From positions 496,001 to 528,218 of the forward strand of contig JASANG010002365.1 in assembly GCA_030248215.1 (NCBI GenBank): a stretch of DNA of 32,218 nt. Reading direction: 5' to 3'. The notes below the pieces were generated by a model that worked only from the letters and a program-made list of their open reading frames with translations, had not been told where the DNA came from and made no database searches. A program made the position numbers and the translations under genes. Positions 23,918 to 32,218 of this stretch are shown in pieces. This stretch comes from Enoplolaimus lenunculus (Eukaryota). Every line of letters starts with the position of its first letter. The stretch's first letter is position 1.

Positions 23918-24414
23918 AACAGGTTTACCGGTCGGAAACGTAGCCACAAGCAGAATCTTGATCTCTAACTTCTGAAAAGTATAACCTCATGCAAACGTTT
24001 AAGACTTTTAGGTGGACCCGCAGCCAGGGGGGGGTGCGTGGGAGCGCAGCCTCCTGAACGGATTTTGCCCCGCCCCCCCTAGAAAATTTTCAACAGATTA
24101 AGTATAATTTTTAGAGGTTTAAGCTCAGCAAAAGTAAATATACTACGCGATGCATAAATATAAGACCACGATCCAAAAAATCATACTTAACGTAAAAATG
24201 AATGCTTACATTGTAAACTCATTGGTTCATACAAACAGAAGATACTAAAAAGTCAAAAAATTACCTTAAATGAAATGTATTAAAAAATTCAATTCTATAA
24301 AAATAGAAATAGATAAAATGTTACCCGGTACAGTTTAAAACTTATAATCCACACAGCCAAAATCTACGCCAAGACTCATCCATGGCCGACAAACAAAGTA
24401 TTGAGCCGACGCAA

Positions 24415-24666
24415 CACTGTAAATTCCAAAGAGTTAATTAATCAACTCAGTCGGAAAGTTAGTTATTTCTGAGTTAATAACAGCACACTTTACCTCGCTC
24501 TGAGTTGAGTTGATTCCCACTGTGAGTTGATTTGATTCCGGAAAAGTTGACTGATTAAATCAGAATGAGTTATATCAACTCAGGATTATGAGTTCTGATT
24601 GACCTAACTCAGACTGAGCGATTCAACGCAGTCTGAGTTGAAATCAACTCACTGGAATTTACAGTG
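24415..24666. mobile_element. CACTA/CMC-like non-autonomous element, 36 bp into the intron after exon B
   Basis: Terminal inverted repeats CACTGTAAATTCCA / TGGAATTTACAGTG; 2-bp TSD AA/AA. Confidence 0.88.
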
Positions 24667-24702
24667 AATATTGGGTTGTACAATAGCGGTTCGAAAACTT
24701 AC

Positions 24703-25522
24703 TCGCCGAATCAAAACCAACATAATACTCGAGTAATCGTTGTACGCTCGCATTTGACGCGTCGACTAAAATGGCTTCGGTCATAGTAACATTAGTGCCC
24801 GGTTTTGAAAATTCCTCTTTGAGTCCGTTCACAAACAAATGACAGTAAACATGATCCATCGGCATGCCGTACGTCGCCAATTCCGGCCGGCCAAAATGAC
24901 CCGCTTGCCGAGCGAACACGAACCGGTGCCAGGTGAAATTTCTCATCAAATCTTTGTACAGCTCAGTAATGTCGGATTGTCGAAATCCGCCCATCCGCGT
25001 TAGTACCGGATGTACATCCGCATGTGACTCGTTGGAATGCTTGACATCAAACGGGCTCACAAATCCGCCAAGTGTTATAAACGGTTTATCCCATTTGTAC
25101 GCAATCCTTGACACGGTCGCAACGCTATAATCACACACAGGGCCAATAAACAGGCAAGTCCAGCCGCCAATGGTGCCATTAACTGCGTCTATGGCATCCC
25201 GAATCACTTGACTTTGTCCCATACATTCAGTTGGCACTGGTCTAACGTCAAGCTCGATCCCTGGTTGTAGAAGACCACGAGATTTAACTTCAGCAATAGT
25301 TACGTCAATAATTGGCCGAATGGTCGGAATCGACGCTAAGTATCCAGGTTCATCTTGGTCTGGTAACATTAAATGTGCTGTTAGGCGTTGGCAGTGAGCG
25401 TCAATTGCGAATAGCACGAATCCTATGAGCAACCGGATGGATAGACGTTGAAACGGTAACATGGCGAACGATACGAAGCCGTCAAGCGGTACAGGTGAAC
25501 GCTTGAAGCGGTGATTGGCCAT
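24703..25522 (-). CDS. First coding exon B of a natriuretic peptide receptor-like / receptor guanylyl cyclase: signal peptide plus N-terminal ANF_receptor ectodomain; partial
   Basis: The ORF track start at 25531 is TTG; in-frame ATGs are at 25522 and 25462, the latter directly preceding the signal peptide MLPFQRLSIRLLIGFVLFAIDAHC. Motifs PTEC...FIGPVCDYSVATVSRIAYKWDKPFITLGG, VLTRMG, W.RF, YCHL. Ends GCG A|GTAAGT, a consensus phase-1 donor at 24702. Confidence 0.9.
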
Positions 25523-25666
25523 CGTTGGCAATTGGATTCAATTGTCTTTAACTTTAGCTAGCTAATTACATAGCTAGTGCAAAAATAAAAGTTGTAATTT
25601 TGGCTTTGAGTTTAGCTAGTTAATTACATAGCTAATAGCGTACAAATTTAATTGTAACTGTTTCAG

Positions 25667-25720
25667 GCTGATAAAACGTGGATGGCGAACGACGGGATTC
25701 TTCAGCATGGCGTTCTTAAG
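25667..25720 (+). CDS. Candidate 54-nt exon of an unidentified + strand gene
   Basis: TTTCAG acceptor (25661-25666) and AG|GTAAGC donor (25721). GC-richer than the flanks. Two frames are open (ADKTWMANDGILQHGVLK or LIKRGWRTTGFFSMAFL). Product not recognised. Confidence 0.55.
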
Positions 25721-26191
25721 GTAAGCAAATAGATTCGCGTTTTAGAATTGTATTCTATGTTTCTTTTAATAACGATATATTTAAACAAATCAATGGTAAT
25801 ACAATGACTTTGCTGGTTGATATCTGATAACTTATATTGTTCTTTGAACGAAAAGATTTCCAAACAATTGATCACAACGCAAAGGTAATTTTGGTAATTA
25901 TCATACCAACCAATTACCCATTTGTTACGCAACCGTTCGCAGCTTAAATTAAATATCCTACAAGTTAACTGTTGCAGTATTTTTGAATGATTACAAAATA
26001 TGCATTAAAATTGTATAATTTCAAATATTAATAATAAGTCATTAATACAACTTTGTAGTCGTGTGCTATAAATTCAAACTAATAGAAATCCGTTTTATAT
26101 TAACAAAAGATAATCGAAATACAGGTATATAATCCAATATTATCCTAAGGGTATTCAACGTTTGTAAGAGCAATTAATTAATAATAATAAC

Positions 26192-26232
26192 ATATATATG
26201 TATATATGTATATATACGTATATATATATATA
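26192..26232. repeat. (TA)n microsatellite
   Basis: Directly visible, imperfect. Confidence 0.9.
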
Positions 26233-26906
26233 ATAAATTAGTCTTATCGTCGCAAAAATGTTATTTAACCCTACAGCGCGCATAAGGGCAAACAGAATGT
26301 TTCAGTCATTATCCTAATCGCGTTTGCCAAAGCAAATCGTTTTAATGTCTTGTTTGTTTCGGTTTCTCATGACCTTTTCTGATCATGTCACACGTGAATT
26401 TGGTGTTTTGCACAATTATTGGCAAAAGTTATTTTTGAAAATTTTGAAAAAAATTGCACCGACGAATGACATATATAGATAAATTGGGCTAGTCCAAAAC
26501 GGAATTATGTCTGATAAATCTGTGCGTTTTCTGATTGGTTATTTGATAGTCGTAACGCTGCTTGATTTCACTTTAATAAGTAAAACAAACTGTTTGGTAA
26601 CAACAGGTGGCGATTACTTAGCCAATCAAAAAAGAATATTTCCAAATGCCAATCGTAATTATTATGGCATTAAGGTGATAAGCAATCACAAGGCGTGCGC
26701 TTCTTGTATAGAACGAATTACGCCGTGGATTAGCCGAATCCAGAATAGGGCTAGCCCCATTCAGGATAGGGCTAGCCCAATTCGCAATTAGGCTAATTTA
26801 CGACATGGGCTACGACATATATACATTACATATAATAAATATTTATACATAGATATTTACATATTTATATATATTTGACACGTCTCAGTCAACATTTCTT
26901 TTTTAG

Positions 26907-26977
26907 GTATCAGGAACAACCAAAAAATGGAAGACAGTCAGTTTTCAAACTTGTCAAATTCTCACAGGACCACGGAG
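26907..26977 (+). CDS. Candidate 71-nt exon of the same + strand gene
   Basis: Pyrimidine tract plus TTTTAG acceptor (26901-26906) and AG|GTATGT donor. Both frames open in the 25667 exon stay open after splicing (...RYQEQPKNGRQSVFKLVKFSQDHG or ...VSGTTKKWKTVSFQTCQILTGPR). Confidence 0.5.
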
Positions 26978-27240
26978 GTATGTGAAACCATTTGAGTTAA
27001 CGAGATTGACTGAGTGAATTTAGGTAATGTTTTGTTCTGACATATAATTAGGTCTGTAGGGGTTCAATTAAAAAAGTTTACAGTATATAACATTAAACTA
27101 AAATCGCTCATATAAAAGAGTATCTTTTATTTTATCAAAGGTGTACGGAATACGAAGTTTGTGAAATGCATAAATGAATTTCTATTCGTTAAATCATTAA
27201 TAAAAAGTGAAAAATATAACCGTTGCAAAACAAGAGCGTA

Positions 27241-27460
27241 CACTGCAAAAAATGGTGAGTCAAATTGACTGTCTCTGAAATAGACATTTCCGGAATCCAC
27301 AAACTGAGTCAAATTCGACTCCGCCTGAGTCAAACTCGACTCACTGAGCGATTCATTGAGTCGAATTTGAGTATGGCGGAGTCGAATTTTGACTCCGTGT
27401 GTGTAGTCCGGAAAAGCCAATTTAGGAGAGAGTCAATATAACTCACCATTTTTTGCAGTG
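27241..27460. mobile_element. CACTA/CMC-like non-autonomous element, second subfamily
   Basis: Perfect 20-bp terminal inverted repeats CACTGCAAAAAATGGTGAGT / ACTCACCATTTTTTGCAGTG; TSD TA/TA; internal GAGTC/GACTC repeats. Confidence 0.9.
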
Positions 27461-27469
27461 TAGCTGTAA

Positions 27470-27759
27470 TGCATGGTTCACAATAAAAAATTTCCTTTTG
27501 CCACCGAAAATATTATAATGTGGGCTTAACACGTTTCAATTTTCAAAAATGTCACAATTAACACTACCGTAACGCAAAAACTGCATTAACCCTTACCCTA
27601 ACGCGTGGTACAAAATGCTGTGTGACACGTATTAGGATAAGGCTGTGACACGTCAGGGTAGGGTGAACGGATGACAATTTTAAAAAAAATTGACACGTGT
27701 TAACCCTAAATTATAGTGTTTTCGGTGGGAAAATGACACTTTTTATTGTGAACGATGCA
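27470..27759. mobile_element. Long-palindromic PIF/Harbinger-like MITE
   Basis: TGCATGGTTCACAATAAAAA...CCACCGAAAA / TTTTCGGTGG...TTTTTATTGTGAACGATGCA; TAA on both flanks; inverted symmetry extends to the centre. Confidence 0.82.
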
Positions 27760-28223
27760 TAATTGTGTCCACGTCCAACGTGGTTCTATATTGTAGAAAG
27801 TTTCCTTAACTCAAAAAATACTTAAAATTTATGAGAAATAACCAGTGGACAGAGTGATTTTGACCCTTGAAACCGCTCGACTACGCCTTCAGATAGAAAG
27901 TGTCAATGTGACATTTCTAATTGAGTATAAACTAATATATTAAAAAATGCTTTGACTCGGCTTAAACAATGTACATAATGTGGTCTTTAAACGGAAATAC
28001 AGGAAAATATGTTGAATTGAAAAAATCTTTACCGTTGCGTTGAATACACAACAAAACTGTGTAAACTTAATTTTGGCAAGAAATTCAAATTGAACGAAAA
28101 GTCTGGTTGAACTTGACCAATCAATAAAAGTTTTTGGAACTGGTTTCAAATCTATAATCATACCTTTTGGTTAATATATAAGTATATATTATGCGGCTTA
28201 TGTTGGTTGTAGTAAAACTGTAT

Positions 28224-28423
28224 GGCCCATGTAACAATCAGTGGCGGAACGTTTTTCTGTTGGAACAGAATAGAGTAAGCTTAAGCTTTAAACTAATGTT
28301 TTTTGCTAGGCTTAGGCTTAGGCTTAGGAATAAACTCATTCTTGCGCTTAATAGGCTTGGGATTAGGCTTAGGCTTAGGTTTATGCTTATAACACTGTTC
28401 CACACCTGTTCTTTACATTGGCC
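28224..28423 (+). mobile_element. Telomere-repeat-carrying MITE (Merlin-like)
   Basis: Termini GGCCCATGTAA / TTACATTGGCC; two TTAGGC blocks; homologous to 5439-5622 and 31425-31626. Confidence 0.82.
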
Positions 28424-28933
28424 AAAACTCTCATTAGAATTATAATTGCTGGCTCAGAGCGTAGAAAAATGGCGTCTATGGCTGCAACCAGAACCCGTAT
28501 TCTGAAATGTATGTAGCACCTGTCACCAGTTGGTAATAGGTCTTGTAACTTTCGAACCAAAGAATAAACCGTGGAAGATGTTCCATGGCTGTGGTTAGAA
28601 TATTGCGTTTAGCTGTGGAAATATGTATGCTTGTAAAATTATGTATATAAAAGCATGCCCAGCCGACCGGCCTTGTTCTATGGTTTGTGCCTTTTCTCCG
28701 TTGTCATTAAGATTGTTTCAAGTATTGTGATCTAAGCGAAATGTTATCGAAAACGTTTATGCGTTGTAAGAGTTTCGTCTGCAGGTAATGGTACAGGTAA
28801 AACAAAACCATAAGTTACATGAGTCTGCGATAATTTGTCACCCGACAACTTGTTGCCCGACAGTGTCCTCAAGCGTAAATAGAAGCATAATTCTAAGCGT
28901 AATCGTAAACGTAAGCCTAAGCATAATGATGGG

Positions 28934-29233
28934 TACTAGTGGATCCAGAGGCGGAGGGGCAGCAGGGCGTACGCGCCCCCCTCAGAATTTTTGTGATTAA
29001 ATTGCAAGGTCCCTACCTTCCAATTTGTCCACTTAGAAAATGTTTTGTAAAAAAAGATAAGGTCCCTAATTTTTCCATCAGAAATTTTTTGTGATACAAT
29101 GATAAGGTGTTTACCTTACAATTTTCCCCATCAGAAAATTTTTTGGTGATAAAATGATAAAGTTTCTACCTTACAATTTTTGCATTTCTTAACATTTGCC
29201 CCCACCCGTCAGAAATTCCTGGATCCGCCGTTG
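28934..29233. mobile_element. hAT-like MITE nested in a family K element (about 28822-29305)
   Basis: Perfect 8-bp TSD ATGATGGG (28926-28933 and 29234-29241); inverted termini ...GTGGATCCAG / CTGGATCCGC...; internal degenerate ~45-50-bp repeats (GATAAGGT..CTACCT). Confidence 0.85.
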
Positions 29234-29648
29234 ATGATGGGCGACGAATTGTCGAGTCGATGCAATTTCGGATTACGAGTTGTAGCGGGACGAGTTTGTC
29301 GTGAAAATATTTGCCAAAATTGTTTTATAACTCCAAAAAAGGTTAATTTTCCATTAATAATAAACATATGTTGAACCGTTAAAGTGGACATTTTCGCAGT
29401 CGCTAATTGGCGTAGTCTTGGTAATGTTACTGACACATGGACCAGTATAAAGTGAAACTTTCATTTCAAAATTTAAAATGCCTTTATGCCGCAAAATGCT
29501 GAACTATTGAGAAATTAATATTTTGTAGTTGTCAAATTAATTTAAACGTCAAATGCATGCTGTGGTAATTCATAATTTTAAAATGTAATTAATATATATT
29601 TATTATGCAATCTTAGCAGCAATATTTACTTTTTTCCGTATTGGCTAT

Positions 29649-29802
29649 TAGTGCCGGAGCAGGCCAGCTTGGAGCTTTCCAACATTCCACTGTGGTGGCC
29701 CTAGGGTGGGGGCCGCTCTTTGGGGTGGTGGCCCTAGGGTGGGGGCCGCTCTTTGAGGGTGGGCCCACAATCGAAGTATGGGGAGTGGCTGTTCCGGCTC
29801 TG
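29649..29802 (-). mobile_element. hAT-like MITE family J
   Basis: Termini TAGTGCCGGAGCAG / CTGTTCCGGCTCTG; flanks TTGGCTAT / ATGGTTAT (6/8); internal 33-bp duplication. Confidence 0.75.
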
Positions 29803-29931
29803 ATGGTTATACAAAATATCGCAGCCAAATATTGGTTTCGACCAGACTACAAATTGTCTCTGCCAAACCGTTTCTTCAGTATATCTTACAAGCGCCTATT
29901 GGCTATTTTGGTCTTTAAGCTGTTTTGGTCT

Positions 29932-30239
29932 TTAAGCTGTGGTTCAGACCAATGATTTACTCGATAACGCAACGTGCAATACTTAAGCTGTAGTTCTCAC
30001 CAATGTTTTACTCGAAAACGCAACGTGCAATACTTAAGCTGTGGTTCTGACCAATGATTTACTCGATAACGCAACGTGCAATACTTAAGCTGTGGTTCTG
30101 ACCAATGATTTACTCGATAACGCAACGTGCAATACTTAAGCTGTGGTTCTGACCAATGATTTACTCGATAACGCAACGTGCAATACTTAAGCTGTGGTTC
30201 TGACCAATGATTTACTCGATACAGCAACGTGGTATACTT
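29932..30239. repeat. 51-bp tandem array (about 6 copies)
   Basis: Unit TTAAGCTGTGGTTCTGACCAATGATTTACTCGATAACGCAACGTGCAATAC. Confidence 0.93.
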
Positions 30240-30541
30240 GACCGAAAATAGTCTAATCTGGGGTCGGACACTCTCAAACAACCGTTGAATAAGAAAAATA
30301 TATACTTGAAACTTGTAACAAATTCCTTGATTTGCTAAAAACAACGCTAAAATGTTTAGACAGATGTACACATACTGTGTTTAACAAGATGAAATAAACA
30401 AATTTTGGATCAGCTGAAATTTTTAATAGGAGTCAAACTGTATTTTCCGTTCACAAAGGGCCCGACCAGCATTCCGTCCTGATACTCCCGTTTGGAGGGA
30501 CCCCACCAAAAGAGTGTCCTCCGACCCTAACGTGATTTTAA

Positions 30542-30784
30542 CCCTTCCTCACATGAATATTTTCTATTTCCCCTGAGACCTACTTTTATGCTATGATTCA
30601 AACTCCAGTGACTACACCACTCAGCTATAGGAGCTTGACGCTCGAGCCCGAGGGGGCTCTCACGTCTTGTGGTGATTTAGTACTATGTATAGGTGTTGCT
30701 ATTGTTAAACACGATGCGATATATACTATTTAACGTATATACACTGCGCTGAGTTGCCTACAGGCAACTCAATGTGAGAAGGGG
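30542..30784 (-). mobile_element. piggyBac-like MITE (inverted copy of 20788-21049), inserted in a dispersed repeat (about 30485-30870)
   Basis: TTAA TSD (30538-30541 and 30785-30788), CCC...GGG termini. About 20 bp are deleted between the A- and B-box relative to the first copy. Confidence 0.88.
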
Positions 30785-31424
30785 TTAAACAAAAATATTT
30801 TGATCATCTCAAGGGGTCACCACCCTGGAATTTTGGCAGGCACCCTTGCCATAGTCCAATCCGGGAATGCGGGTACCATCCTTGACTGGTTCACATCCAT
30901 CTATCCGCCCCATAATACGGCTGACTGTCTGGTAAAAACAAACCCGTTAATGAGAGGTCACAGAAACGTACAAGATTTCAAGAAAAAAGTTGCCTTTAAA
31001 ATAAGAAAGACCGAATTATTTTCAACAAAACCAACAACCGCATTGACCCGAAACCGTTTTGTTATCAGTCCGTTGGAACGCGGGGGAGGTAGTTTTCTGT
31101 TGGGTGGGCGGCCCAGACACCGCGGTATGCCACACTTTTTAGAGAAATATTTACGACAAACAGCCGGAAATTGTGTGTAGAACGAGTGGCTGAAATGGGT
31201 ACAACAGAACCGGGTGTATAAAACAAAAGGTTAACGGATATATTAGCTGAAATTTTGGAAAACACTCAAAAACAGCGCTTTTAAGCGCTGTAAAATTAAT
31301 CGGCAGAGGTCAAAATATAATATTTTCCCACTGGTTGCACTTGTTTGAAAGAAATTTTAAATGAAATTTATCTGGCGTGAACTTCAATTCCTGGTTCCAC
31401 CACTGTGCCTTTGCCTAAATTTTC

Positions 31425-31626
31425 GGCCAATATAAACAACAGGGGCGCAACGGTATTATAAGCATATTCCTAAGCCTAAGCCTAAGCGTAAGCATAAGCG
31501 TAAGAATGAGCATATTCCTAAGACAAAACCAAAGCCTAAAAGCCAAGCAAAAAAATAGTCTAAAGCTTAAACATACTCTTTCTAGTCACACAGAAAAACG
31601 TTCCGCCGCCGATCTTTACATGGGCC
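31425..31626 (-). mobile_element. Telomere-repeat-carrying MITE (Merlin-like)
   Basis: Termini GGCCAATATAAA / TTTACATGGGCC; GCCTAA blocks; degenerate flanks AAATTTTC / ATATTCTT. Confidence 0.8.
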
Positions 31627-32218
31627 ATATTCTTAAGAACTTAGTTTTTTTATCTTTGCGGTTTAAGGTAAAGCTGTATACAGAAAAACAGATGCCGCGC
31701 TGTCCGGCGTAATTAATTAAAAATAAATTGAATTAACTTCAATGGAAAAATATATATTATGATTGAAACAGGGTTCCAACCGGAATAAACTTTAGTCTGA
31801 ACCTCTGTCCATATTAAAAAAAAGTTTTGCTTCAACTATTTTTCGCCAGGTCTTCAAGGTAAACCGGTTCGCACAGTTGAACACAGTGCTGAAAATGTCG
31901 GGGAATTCTGGCATAAAAAATAGAATTTCTGGCCGGAATTGAAACATATACTTTGTCTGGATGATAACCGGGATCCAAAATTCCGTTGGAACCTGGGTTT
32001 ACGATGATAGATGGCTAGCGGCCTTGCTTAAACGTGATGGGTCAAACGATTTTATACGGCAACATACGTGGTTAAAACTCTTAAACGGGCGACCAAAATG
32101 TTTATATAAGGGGGCTGAAACTTTCTTGGAATCCTCTGTTGGCTTGGCATTAAAATTTGCCCGAACCTAAAACGTACATGTCAACGTCCCATCGTATGAA
32201 ATAGTTTGTAAATATAGA

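Noticed and set aside
29932..30371. 51-bp array as a CRISPR or repeat-protein gene (also the 53-bp and 90-bp arrays)
   Set aside because: Units are contiguous with no unique spacers, there are no cas genes, and the context is eukaryotic.
31961..32170. 69-aa + strand ORF at the window end
   Set aside because: No recognisable domain or clear splice boundaries; cannot be supported from this window.

Overview
Eukaryotic, AT-rich, repeat-dense genomic DNA, most likely from a nematode (abundant interstitial TTAGGC, the nematode telomere hexamer; TTTCAG/GTAAGT-type splice signals). The species cannot be determined. There are only two clearly protein-coding stretches, both on the minus strand and about 22.5 kb apart (25522-24703 and 2241-1002). 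Each is one large exon encoding a signal peptide plus the N-terminal part of a natriuretic-peptide-receptor/receptor guanylyl cyclase (ANF_receptor) ectodomain. Both end at the equivalent residue with a phase-1 GT donor, and I find no remaining receptor exons between them. The best reading is two alternative 'variable' first exons spliced to shared constant exons left of the window. A few short + strand exons with strong splice signals (25667, 26907, possible micro-exons) suggest a second gene, divergent or overlapping. Most of the rest is non-autonomous DNA transposons (MITEs), classified by their termini and target-site duplications (TSDs): GGCC-ended/8-bp TSD (Merlin-like) elements carrying telomeric TTAGGC arrays, hAT-like, CACTA/CMC-like, PIF/Harbinger-like, and piggyBac-like elements with a tRNA-like module. 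Several satellites and microsatellites are also present. Nearly all short ORFs in the supplied track are repeat read-throughs.
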